Source of the DNA: Prasinococcaceae sp. CCMP 1430
Taxonomy: Eukaryota > Plantae > Prasinodermophyta
Length of the DNA: 34,912 nucleotides
Direction of reading: 5' to 3'
NCBI GenBank assembly: GCA_013416795.1
Contig: RQSC01001015.1
Span: forward strand, 1-34,912
This document shows, piece by piece, positions 10,067 through 20,525 of this stretch; within the stretch, counting starts at the first letter, position 1; each line of letters opens with the position of its first letter. The notes under the pieces are model-generated. The model was not told the DNA's origin and made no database searches. It saw nothing but the letters and a program-made list of their open reading frames with translations. Position numbers and translations under genes: made by a program.

Positions 10067-10332
10067 TTAAGATAGATGTGGCTGGTCCATTTTTTTCTCT
10101 CTCCGGACGGCTGTCGACGGTCAGCAGTCGACATGCCCGACACCATCGCCTGGCGAGCCGCGGTGCCAGCTTTGCGCACGCAAGAACCCGCGCACGCGAC
10201 GTGCCGAGGTGCAGCGATGTCTCCTGCCAGTGCCCACGCGGGCGCGGCACGTTTCACTTATTATTATCGATGGTCATCGCTGGGACGGGCGTCTAGTCCG
10301 CGCCGCCGGGCGTGCGCGCGAGCGCGGCGCGG

Positions 10333-11313
10333 TCAGTCGCCCTTCTTCCCGCCGCGGTAGTGCGTCCGTCGCATCTCCACATGCCCGCGACTCGCGTCTT
10401 CGAGGCTGGAACTACTGTCTGTGCGTCCACCGAGGCCAAACAGGCGTCCCATGGCGCCCTTCACGCTCGTGCCGCCGCCGCGGCCGCCGCCAGCGAGGAG
10501 GGGGGCGCGCGGCGGCAGTTGCGTGCGCGCCGCCCCCCTCTCATGGACCGCGCGATCGCCGGTTTCCCAGTCGTCGAAGTTTCCCCACCCGCCGCCACCA
10601 CCCCGCCCACCCCCACTGTGCCCTCCTGCCTCGCTGCCACTGTCCCGGTCGCTGCCGTAGGCACGCCGGCGCCTCCCTCCGCCGTCGTCGCTGCTGCGCC
10701 CGCCGGCGGACGCGGCCGAGTATTCCCCACCGCTGTGCACTATGCGGCCATCAGTCCGCAGCATCGTCGCTGTGGGCTCCATGTGCTGCATTTTGTCAGC
10801 GAGCCTCTCGACCACCAGTATGTCCTCGTCCTGGAAGCTCGGCCCGGCCGGCCGCGCGCGCGCGGCGCGCGCGACCGCTGACGCCGCAGCCATCTCGCTA
10901 GGGTTGGTGGACGCTGAGCCATAGTCGGCGCTGACGCCCGCACCCGCGAGCTCGCGCATGACGCGCGACCGTGGCCCGGCTCCCGCAGCAGCGCGCGCTG
11001 CGAGCGCCGCCTCGTCCCCATCGAGCGTCCCGCCGCCGTAGAGCTCGCCCGCGCGCGCCTTCCCCGTGGCTTCCGCCCGCTTTGCGTTCGCCTTCTCGGC
11101 GTCCTCGACCGCTGCGGCCTCCCTGCCCCCGAGGTTGGCGTACGTCTCGGCGGAGACCGGGATCTTGAGCGTGCGGCGCGCGTGCATGGACTGCTCCGAG
11201 AACAGCTTGTTCGCGCGCTTGATGTCCGCCGCCGTCGTGCTGTACTTGACCGCGAGGAACGCGAGCGTGTCTGTGCGCGTCACGACGTGCTCGACGATTC
11301 GGCCATCCGCCAT
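10333..11313 (-). CDS. Intracellular LysM-domain protein (single N-terminal LysM, disordered G/A-rich remainder)
   Basis: VEHVVTRTDTLAFLAVKYSTTAADIKRANKL...RTLKIPV is a canonical LysM. ATG at 11313; no signal peptide is evident. Confidence 0.85.
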   Translation of the reverse strand: MADGRIVEHVVTRTDTLAFLAVKYSTTAADIKRANKLFSEQSMHARRTLKIPVSAETYANLGGREAAAVEDAEKANAKRAEATGKARAGELYGGGTLDGDEAALAARAAAGAGPRSRVMRELAGAGVSADYGSASTNPSEMAAASAVARAARARPAGPSFQDEDILVVERLADKMQHMEPTATMLRTDGRIVHSGGEYSAASAGGRSSDDGGGRRRRAYGSDRDSGSEAGGHSGGGRGGGGGWGNFDDWETGDRAVHERGAARTQLPPRAPLLAGGGRGGGTSVKGAMGRLFGLGGRTDSSSSLEDASRGHVEMRRTHYRGGKKGD

Positions 11314-11886
11314 GGCGGCGGCCGCGCGGCGCGGCGCGCGCGGCGACCGGCCCGACGCCCCGCGAACGGGAGCACCGCGCGCCCCGCGCGCCCTCTGACC
11401 AGCGCCCGGCCGGCCTCGCACCGCGCGCCCATCAACAGCCCACACATCTGACCAGTCCATGCACGCGCTGGGAAAAAAAAAAAAGAACGAGAAAGAACCA
11501 CGATCCAGAGAATACATCGACATTTCGCGCGTGGTGCCGCGCGAACCGGAGGGAGAGGGGCGCGCCCAAGTGCGGGAAAATCATCCAGGATGGCGCGCGC
11601 GGCGTGGATCGCATCTAACCCTGACCGTAATACAACCAACCCCAACCGCTGGCCCTAATGCGGTATGACCTGGCGGTGCTTTTTGACCTGCGGCGAGGCG
11701 CGGCGGCTGCGCCACTGTGTGCGCGCTCGCCTCCCCCCTCCCCCTCCCCCCCCGCAGCCTGGCCGGCCGAGCGCGCTCGGCCGGCGGCGCCAGAGATAAG
11801 CGCGCGTCCTCCGAAGAGGTCTTGGGTGAGAGGAGGGGACAGGGTGGAGTGCGGGCGGGGGGAAAAGAGGGCGGTCGCCGGCGACG

Positions 11887-13188
11887 ATGAGCGCGGCGGC
11901 GGCGGCGGTGGCGCACTTCAGCTTCACGCTGCTCGAGTCGGGCGGCGCGTCCGGCGCCGCGGGCGCGGCGGGCGCGCTCGCGCCGCGGCTCGGCCTCCTG
12001 CGTCACGCGGCGGGCGCGCCACCGACGCCCACGCCCGCATGCCTGCTCTACAGTCGAAAGGGCGCGCCAGTGTGCCACACGCCGGACCTGCTGCCGCCGG
12101 CGGGGGAAGCGCCGCTGCAGCTCAACGCTGGGGACTTTCTCGAGAAGCCGAGCACCTCGGTGGTGGCGAAGGTCGCGGCGCGCGGCGCGCGCGAGTGGGC
12201 GGCAATCGACGCCGATCGCCTCATCACGCTGGCGCCCCGCGATGCCGCCGCGCCGGCGCCGCCCGCCGGAGCCAACGACAAGCACCTCATCTACTCGACG
12301 ATCAATGGTCACCATCGGGTCAACACTGATGCGTATCTCAACATCGCGAAGGCGGTGCAGCCCGACGTCCTGGTGGCGATGGCCGACGAGCAGCCACCCA
12401 CGGCATCGGAGGGCCGCGCGAGGGCTGCTGTCTTCCGCACGCTCAAACAGTTAGACTCGTTGCTTGGCGCCGGCGTCGCCGACGCTGCGCGCGCCGTCTT
12501 CGGCAACGTGCAGGGAGCAGCGCACGAGGTGGAGAGGAAACGCTCGGCCGAGGAGACGGCCAAACGCCCCGTCGACGGGTTTTTCATCGGCGGTTTTGGC
12601 CTCGGCGAGCCTCCCGCGGAGCGTCATGCGCTGCTGCACGCGGCGCTCGAGCCGCTGCCAGCCGAAAAGCCGCGCTACCTCGCCGGTGTGGGCTCGCCGC
12701 TCGAGATTCTTGAAGCTGTGGCCCTGGGGGTGGACATGTTCGACTCGGCGTACCCGCATGAAATGGCCTGCCAAGGGTATGCACTAGATCTGCCGACGAG
12801 CCTTCCCGAAAAGAACGATGCGGCCGCCGGTGTGAACGGCGGAGAGGACGGCAAAGAGGCTGCCGAGGCTGCGGCGGCTGGCGAGCTCCCAGGGAAGCTC
12901 AACCTGCGCTCGCGCGCGTACAGCCGCGACGCCCGCCCGCTGGTGAGCGGCTGCACGTGCGCGTGCTGCTCCGCGCACACGCGCGCATACATGCACCACA
13001 TCTTGCAGTGCCATGAGCTCGCGGGCGAGGTGCTGCTCAACGTGCACAACGCAGCCAACTTTGCCGCCTTCTTGGGCGCCGTGCGCGAGGCGATCGCTGC
13101 GGGCAGGTTCGAGGAGTTCGCAGAGTACACGCGGCGCAGGTTGCATGGCGACGACTTGTGCGCGGAGCGGGTGCAGCTCCCGAGCTGA
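11887..13188 (+). CDS. QTRT2: Queuine tRNA-ribosyltransferase accessory subunit
   Basis: TGT barrel: GFFIGGFGLGE, KPRYLAGVGSPLEILEAVALGVDMFDSAYP, and the zinc site CTCACC...HTRAYMHH...VHN. It lacks the catalytic-subunit DSGG motif. Confidence 0.88.
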   Translation: MSAAAAAVAHFSFTLLESGGASGAAGAAGALAPRLGLLRHAAGAPPTPTPACLLYSRKGAPVCHTPDLLPPAGEAPLQLNAGDFLEKPSTSVVAKVAARGAREWAAIDADRLITLAPRDAAAPAPPAGANDKHLIYSTINGHHRVNTDAYLNIAKAVQPDVLVAMADEQPPTASEGRARAAVFRTLKQLDSLLGAGVADAARAVFGNVQGAAHEVERKRSAEETAKRPVDGFFIGGFGLGEPPAERHALLHAALEPLPAEKPRYLAGVGSPLEILEAVALGVDMFDSAYPHEMACQGYALDLPTSLPEKNDAAAGVNGGEDGKEAAEAAAAGELPGKLNLRSRAYSRDARPLVSGCTCACCSAHTRAYMHHILQCHELAGEVLLNVHNAANFAAFLGAVREAIAAGRFEEFAEYTRRRLHGDDLCAERVQLPS

Positions 13189-13291
13189 CGGAAAAAAGTA
13201 ATGCGTAATGACAAAATTTCAATTGCATGCGTGTGCACAGCAGCAGCGAGTGGTGCGCCTCTCCTGCTCTCCGGCTCTTGAGCTTCCGAGG

Positions 13292-15128
13292 TCAGTGTAC
13301 CGGCGCGGGTGCCTCGGGTGGTGTGGCAGCGTTGGGCGTGGCTGGGTTCGCGAGAGGCGGCGTGAACACAGCATCAGGGTCAAACGTCGAAGCCACGTCT
13401 GCATACGCGGCTGCTATGGCCCCCACCGTGGTTGCTGCTGTCCCTCCACCATCGCCCTTCCCTGGAAGACCCTCCCCACCTCCCTGCACGCGGGTGGCCA
13501 TGCGGCCCCAAAAGCTCGCCTGAGCGAGCTCGCACATCGAACCGTCCGCGTCCACGCTCGTGCGCACGAATGCCGCTTGGGGTGGGTTCTTCGGATACGA
13601 GCCGGATACCATCAACCGAAGAGTTGGCATGCCCGGGTGTACGTTTCGAGTGCCCGCACCATCGTGCGCCGCAGCTGAGCGCGCAGGGGCTATTTCAACG
13701 CGGGCGGCCACCCAGGGAAGGGCACCTGCACCTGGTACACTCGTGTCCACGCCCACCACGACGACCTCGCCAGCCGGACCTGACTTCAGTGCCGCCACCT
13801 CTTTTTGAAGGGCAGCCATGGCCTCTTCGACCCCGGCAGCGCTCCTCGCCAGAGGAGATGAGCCTTCGGTGCCCGACCCATCCTCTGGCGGCGCCCCTGA
13901 TGTGACCGCAGGAGCTTGCTCCTCGGCCCCGGCGTCGTCACCCGCAGCAGCGTTTCGCCGCGCACCGGCTGCCCAGGGCCGCGCGGTCGGGAAGCCCCTG
14001 CCTCGTTTCACGAGACTGCCACTTGTGGGCACCAGAGCGCGGACGTCCTGAGCCACCGCCTGCAGCACACCTGGAGCACTGCGCGCCGCTGCGATCACTG
14101 AGCTGCTCAGGGCCTTGTACGCCCGGTCGGTTTCAGTCTCGGCCGGCTCCGCGAGTTGCTGACGGTGGTTCTCCAGCACTGCTTGCTGCTGTGTGGCCGG
14201 CAGCTGCGCTGGCTCTAGCAGGGGCGGTGGGGGCACTAGCATCGTAGTATCAGGCAGGGATGGCGAGCCCTCCGATGCTGGCTTCGAGTCTCTGCCGCCT
14301 TTCGTCGCTGGCTTCCTCCTGCCAGAGCTCTTCTTCTTGGCCTCGAGCTTCTGGAGCTTCTTCGCCTGCTCCTCGGCTGCTGCCTGCTTTGCTTCTGCCT
14401 CGGCCTTGCGCTGGGCGGCGGACTTCTTCGCGCCAGAGCGCGAGCGCTTTTTGGTTGGCGCCTTGGCAGCTGTTGCGTCCGCCTTCGCCTGCTGCTGTTT
14501 CTGCGCCTGCACCTGCAGCGCCTGGTGCTGAGCCTGCAAGAGTTGCGCTTGTGCCTGCTGCTGGATCGCGTTCACGGCGACCCCTGGCGCGTGTGCCTGC
14601 ATGTGCATGCTCGGTAACCTTTGCTGATGTTGCTGCTGCAGCTGCTGCTGCTGCTGCAGCAGCTGCTGCTGCTGCAGCTGCTTCTGCTTCAATCGCTCTT
14701 TCTGCTTGCGCGCTTCGTCAATGAGCAAGGCGAGTTTGTGATCGTACTTGTCCGCCTCAAATCGAGCAACAGTGAGGCCCTTCTCCGCGATGACGTTGAT
14801 GGGTGCCTCGAAAAAGTTCAAGAACTCAAGGATGCGTCTGTGCTGCTTTATCATGTCCCCGGCGGACGCTGCGACTGCCGGATTGCCCTGCAACGAGGCC
14901 AGCTTCAGCTCGAAGATCTTGCGGGCGTCGGTGAACTGCGTCGCCCATTTCTCGCGCCGGCTTTGCAGCCACAGGTACGCCGCACGTGTTTCCTCCGAAA
15001 AATCCACCATTGCCCTTTGTCGCTGCATGAGCTGGTTCCCAAAATGCGCATCCGTATACACTCGCTGTTGCTGCTGCTGCCGCCGTTGCTGCTGATACGG
15101 CTGCTGCTGCTGCTGCTGCTGTTGCTGC

Positions 15129-15174
<46 letters not shown>

Positions 15175-15542
15175 ACCGCTGCTGCTGAGCGTGCGCATAT
15201 TGCTGTTGGTGCTGCTGGTGCGGGTGCTGGCCCGGGTGTTGCTGCTGGAGGTGCTGCTGCTGCGGCTTCGGTTGCGAGCCAAATATTCCCTCCATCAACC
15301 CCCCTCCTCCATCAGCGCCGGGCTCGCCGAAGAACCCAGGCTCGAGCATTGCCGCCGCCATGTCCTCGAAGCCGACGGTGGACTCGGCGAAAGCGTTGCC
15401 CGGACCCTCCAACTTGGCGCCCGTGGCGACTCCGTGCGCCTGCAAATGTGGCTGCTGCTGCTGCGATTGCTGCGGCTGCAAATGCGGCTGTTGCGCAATG
15501 CCCCAGCTATGGGTGCTTGGCTGGCGTGTCAGCGAGTGCTGC

Positions 15543-15585
<43 letters not shown>

Positions 15586-16096
15586 GCGAGACCATCTGCG
15601 GGTGTTGCTGTCCGGCTGGCTGCTGCTGCGGCTGGCTGTGCTGCTGCTGCGGGAATCCCTGTGATACTGGGACGAACTGCGCCGGTGCATCCGTGTATGC
15701 ACGCGCGTCCGTCGCCGCGTAGGTCTGCTGCACGTACTGCTGCTGCTGCTGCTGTTGTGGTTGCTGGAAGTATTGCTGCTGTTGGGGTGGGCGCTGCGCG
15801 CTCTGCAGGGCTTGCTGCTGCGCCTCCTGCCGAGCCTGGGCGTGCTTCTGCTGGTGGGCCTGCACCGACGCCAGCTTGGAGTACAGCTCCTGCTGATATC
15901 TGTTCAGGTCGGTGCCTTGCTTGGTGCTGTGCTTCGAAAAGGCTCTCGCCTCGAGCTTGCGCGTTGCATCCTGGAGCGCTTGCTTGTCAACCGCGCGCCC
16001 CTGCTTGGCGGTGAGGTCATGCAGGGAGGTATATATGTGGTTCAACATGCGATGCCGGAGCTCACGCACAGGGTCGTGCGACCCGACGCCGGCCAT
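13292..16096 (-). CDS. MED15: Mediator subunit 15-like protein (N-terminal KIX, poly-Q regions, middle helical domain, C-terminal domain)
   Basis: The N-terminus RELRHRMLNHI...ATRKLEARAF...YQQELYSKLASV is KIX-like. Extensive poly-Q. The middle block EETRAAY...RRILEFL...KYDHKLALLI and C-terminal PTLRLMVSGSYP resemble plant MED15a blocks from memory. Confidence 0.75.
15101..15172 (-). repeat. CAG/CAA trinucleotide run encoding 24 Gln in MED15
   Basis: Direct reading of CTG/TTG repeats on the + strand. Confidence 0.9.
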
Positions 16097-16248
16097 CGCT
16101 CCCGGCGTCGTCTCTCTCGCCGACTCACGTGCGACGGGCGCGCGCCGCCAAACCCGCCCCCTGCACCCGCCTTACCCGCGCCGGCGCCCCCCCTGCGCTT
16201 CGCTCGGCGGCGCGGGGCGACGCCGCGCGCGCCGCCGAGCTTCCCCCT

Positions 16249-16271
16249 CCCCCCCCCCCCCCCCCCCCCCN
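16249..16271. other. Poly-C run (22 nt) ending in an ambiguous base: probable assembly junction or gap
   Basis: The only 'n' in the window is at 16271, directly after the C run and just upstream of the conserved Toc34-like sequence. Confidence 0.75.
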
Positions 16272-17718
16272 GGAGTCCGAGGGGGAGTCGGTCGCGGCGT
16301 CGTGGGCGGGCCTCGCGGCGATGCCCGCGGCCACGCAGGCGGCGCTGCTCGCGACCGTGCGCGAGATGCAGGCCAAGGGGCGCGACAGCCTGACCGTGCT
16401 GCTGGTGGGCAAGGCCGGCATGGGCCGCTCCGCGCTGTGCAACAGCATGCTCGGCGAGCGCGTCGTCGCGGGCCCGGGCGGCGTCTTCGCGCGGGGCGCG
16501 CCGGGCGCGGGCGCGGACGCGCCGCGCTCGTACTCGCGGAGCGCGGCGGGCTTCACGCTGACCGTGATCGACACGCCGCCGCTGGTGGAGGGCGACTGCG
16601 TCGACGAGTCGGCCGTCGCGGCGCTCAGCGAGTTCGTGGGCGACCTGGAGGACGGCGTCGACGTGGTGGCGTACGTGGATCGCCTGGACAACTACCGCTG
16701 CGACGCGCGCGACCGCGAGTGCTGCCAGGCGATCACGCGCGCGTTCGGCGGGCGCGTGTGGGAGCGCACCGTGCTCGCGCTCACGCGCGGGCAGTACACG
16801 GTGCCCATGGAGGGGGTGAGCTACGACGACTACCTGGAGAAGCGCTCCGAGGCGCTCGCGGGCTGCGCGCGCGGCGCGGGCGCGCACGTCGGCGTGTGGG
16901 ACGGCTCGGTGGTGGAGCTCGCCGGCCGCGACGGCGCCAAGGTGGCGCTCCCGGCGCTGTACGTGCCTCCCGCGTACGTAGAGTGGGGCATGGATCTGTA
17001 CGACTGGCGCGAGCGCACGCGCACCGACGAGCGCGCCGATACGGGGGGGCTCGCGCACGCGACGGAGAGGCTCGCGCCAAACGCGGGCTGCGACCAGGCG
17101 GACATCCTCATCTCGTCGGAGGCGTCGGAGGTTGTCTGTGCTGGTGCCGGCGGCGTCATGCTCGCGGGCGGGGCATACAGCGCAGCTTCGGGCGAGCGCA
17201 TAGAGCTCTGTGCCGCAGTCGCGGGCGTTGCCGGCGAGCGCGTGCGGGTGGAGGCCACGCTCCGCACGGTGGAGGCGGACGCGGGGGCGGGGCGTCTCGA
17301 GCTTGCTGGGGGCAAGGTGCGCATTGAGAAGAGGCGCGCCGACGCGGCGGCTGAGACCATCAACAGCGTGCCCGACTGCTCAGGCATCAAGGCGGGTGAT
17401 GCCGACACGGTGCTCTCTTCGCAGTGGGAGTGCGTCGACGGCGCCCTCCTGGCGGCCGGCGAGGCACGAGCGACAGACGCGGGGGATGGCCAAGGCGCGC
17501 TCGAGTCGGCTCTGGCCGCCGTGGCGGAACGGGAGGCCGATCTGAAGCTCCCGAGTGGCGCCTTCATGTGCCTGGGTGACATGCGCGCAGCTGTGGGGTG
17601 GCTGTCGAGGGACGGCGAGTCGCTCGTCGTCGCGCGCTGGGACTTCGAGGCGGCAGCGGACGGGGCCGTCGAGCCGAGCAGCGTCGCGCTGGCGGAGGCA
17701 CGCCTCGTGGCAGCCTAG
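16272..17718 (+). CDS. Toc34-like G-domain with degenerate motifs fused to a C-terminal green-lineage domain of unknown function; N-terminus probably lost at the gap
   Basis: WAGLAAMPAATQ, LTVLLVGKAGMGRS, SRSAAGFTLTVIDTPP, VDVVAYVDRLDNYRCD, AITRAFGGRVW, YDDYLEKRSEAL follow the Toc33/34 order. This is followed, with no stop or intron, by GVWDG...LPALYVPPAYVEWGMDLYDW...LAPNAGCDQAD...LKLPSG...AVGWL; TAG at 17716-17718. Confidence 0.8.
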
Positions 17719-17986
17719 CCCGTGACCGCGCGCGGCTCAGGCAGGGCGTCGGGTGACGTGCACAGCGGTTGAAAATGGCACACCAATGGGTGTTCAAATG
17801 TTCATTTGTCAACCAAAATCACCGCATGCTGTCGCGCCACGCCGTGGCCGATCGCATGTCACATACACGTCGCCTGAGCGCGGGCTGCTGATGCTGCTGC
17901 GCGCGTCGAGGCGCTTGGCGCCACGTGGCGCCACGATACCCGCCGGGATGGCAGGATCGTCGCGGCCGTCGTCAGCCCGGCGCCGC

Positions 17987-18803
17987 TCACTGCGCAGTCG
18001 CGAGGTCGGACTCGCTCGCGGTCTCCCTCTGCGCGTAAACCCCCTCGAAGAATTTGTAGTTGTTCAGCGTCGCCCTGAGCACGTCACCGCGCGAGAGCAC
18101 GCCCACCAGGTCTCCTGCCTCGTCCACCACGGTCACGCGGTGCAGATTCTTGCGCACGATGATGTCCGCCGCATCCTGTGGGGCGCGTGGCGCGCGCGAT
18201 TGGCGGCAACAGCGGCGTCGCGGCGGGGGTAGGTGAGGTCAGCCCGCTGCTGAGGCACGCGCGGCGCAGCGCGCGAGTCGCGGTCCGAACGCGCGCATGG
18301 AGGCGCGTTCCTGAGGGGCCAGCCGCGCGTACGCGCGCGCTCCGGGGCGCACGCACCGGAAGCTTCATGCCCTGCACCACGAGCGTCGCCTCGTGCATGA
18401 TGTCCTCCACGCGCGTGCCGGTGGACTTGGCCAGGCGCGCCTGCAGGTCGAAGTGCTGCTGCCACATGAGGTCCTTCTTGCCTTCGAAGCTGTCACAGCT
18501 TCCAAGCGGAGGGAAGAGGCCGCTGCTGCGGTCGAGCTTCCCCGGGGTGTAGTCGAGCGCGAGCAGGTCGTAGCCGCTCACCACGCCAACCACCTGCATC
18601 GTCCCAGAGCGCACGACCGGAACGCCAGAGAGCCCCTTCGCGACGAGCATCTCCAGCGCGTCAAAGACGGGATCCTCCGTGCCCACGAACGACGGCGAGC
18701 GGAACATGAGATCACCCACGAGCATGTCCTCGAGGCGACCGTCCGGCGGGCAGATCAAGTCGCCCTTCTCGTCGATGACGTCGCCCGCCATCATGCTGAT
18801 CAT
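17987..18803 (-). CDS. Single CBS-pair protein (plant CBSX1/2-like); intron 18176-18356; 5' end (transit peptide exon) unresolved
   Basis: VGDLM...DALEMLVAKGLSGVPVV...VVGVVSGYDLLALD and MKLP|DAADIIVRKNLHRVTVVDEAGDLVGVLSRGDVLRA across a GTGCGT...CACAG intron; TGA at 17987-17989. Confidence 0.85.
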
Positions 18804-19307
18804 CGACGCGCTCTGTGAGTTGCGGTCGTCGCGCGACCGGCCGAAGCCGCTCACCGAGCACACGGTCGCACAACGCTGCGCGCGGCGTGGGCGTGGGCGT
18901 CGGCGGCAGCGACCACGAGCCGCGCGGGGGCCGAAGGGGGCGCGGACGCGTCAGCACGGCGCATTGGCACAGCGCAGGCCGCGTTCGTGCGCTCCGGCGG
19001 GGGCGCACGCATGCGGGTCGACGGTGCGCGCAGCGCAGCAGATCGTCGCCCAAAGCGCCTGCGCTGGGACGCGTCATGCGGGCATCGCGAGCGAGCGGCG
19101 CGCTCGAGCGCGACGGGGCGCGGGTTCGTCACAGCCTCGAGAGCGCTCGCGCCGCCTTTCCCCGCCGCCCCCTCCCTCCTCCCCCTCGCCGCGCCGCACC
19201 TTTCGGTTCTGCATATAGGGTTCGTACAGTCCACCACCCCGCAGGCAGCCCTCCCAAATATCTCCATCACATTGCACGCGCCATTCGCACCGATGCCAGG
19301 GCGTGCC

Positions 19308-19342
19308 ATAGAGGGTTTACGTACATTTCGCAAACCCTCTAT
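19308..19342. repeat. Perfect 11 bp inverted repeat ATAGAGGGTTT-N13-AAACCCTCTAT
   Basis: Arms at 19308-19318 and 19332-19342 are exact reverse complements. Confidence 0.9.
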
Positions 19343-20458
19343 TGGGTGGCAGGCATCCTGCGCATGTGGATGTGGGTGTTGGACGCGTCGTGTTTGGGGT
19401 TCACGCGGGGGCTCCGCGATTTGAGATGTATTTTGATGTAACTACTGTACTGCATGCAGGTTTAGGTTTGGCCGCGTGTGAGTCAGTACGGGTGGGACTG
19501 ACGCAGCGCGCCAGGGAGCACTGCTGCAGGGGGTGGAGGGCGGGGAGGAGTAGGGAGGTCGGTGGCGAGGACCGCGCCGACGACCCGCCCTGCAGCGAGT
19601 CGGAGCGTGCGTGCTTGCTTGCGGCGCGTGCGGGCCGCGCCTGCGCCGCGCCGGCGGGCCGGGCGAACTGATGCTGCTGCGCGACTCGCCCCGCCGCCGC
19701 TCCCGCGCCGCGCGCTGTGGCCACCGCACCGCGCGCGCGCGCTTCTTTATCCACCCCTCCATCCTCTGCAGGGGCCATCAGATGGCTCTTCATCCTCCAT
19801 CCGTCCCGCAGAGCAAACGCGCATGCGCGCGCGCGCGCTTGTTCACCCCTCAACCAAAAATGGGCGAAAAAAAAAAACTGATGGCAATCACTTCGGTTCC
19901 CTGCGGCCCGTGGCCGAATCGCGGTTGTGCGGGTCACACGTGAACCACAGCCAAATAGATCATTTTAAATCCAAAACGTTTTTTTAATACAATATGTCTC
20001 CCGTGGGTATAAATGATCTGTACTGATATGGTCAACAGCGGCGGCATTGGCGCGTCTGTGGGTCACAGGTGACCCGGGGGCACCCTAAATCAAAGCGAAG
20101 GGTTGGTTTTGTGGATGAAACGATGGCGTTTCGGACGGCGGCGCGCGCGATCGGCGGCGCCCGGCACCCGGCGGCACACCGGAGATTCGATCCACCCGCC
20201 GGCGCGCGAGCGGGCCCGCGGGACGCTCCTTCTTCCGCTTCTGTCCTCGCGCGCGCGCGAAAAAAAAAAGGGGCGTCGATCGAAGGTGTGTCCCGTGGTG
20301 AGCACGGGAGGGGTCGAGAGGAGAGTTGAAGGCGATAAGTCGGTCGATCGATGCTCCGGCCGGCGACGACCCCAAAACAACTAAAAAAAAAAAAAAAGTG
20401 ACGTGGCTCCCTGCCTGCGGCTGTGAAAAAGCTGCAGATCTGTGCAGAACGAGACATT

Positions 20459-20490
20459 CTAAACCCTAATACTAAACCCTAAACCCTAAT
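20459..20490 (+). repeat. Interstitial plant-type telomeric/telo-box cluster (three AAACCCT units)
   Basis: CTAAACCCTAATACTAAACCCTAAACCCTAAT read directly. Confidence 0.8.
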
Positions 20491-20525
20491 GCATTCCTAA
20501 TCCGAGCATTTCTCCGCACCCATCT

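Noticed and set aside
20110-20215. tRNA/T-loop-like ATTCGATCC and a GAAACG-ATGG-CGTTTC hairpin
   Set aside because: I could not build a cloverleaf or find A/B boxes; single short hairpins are expected by chance.
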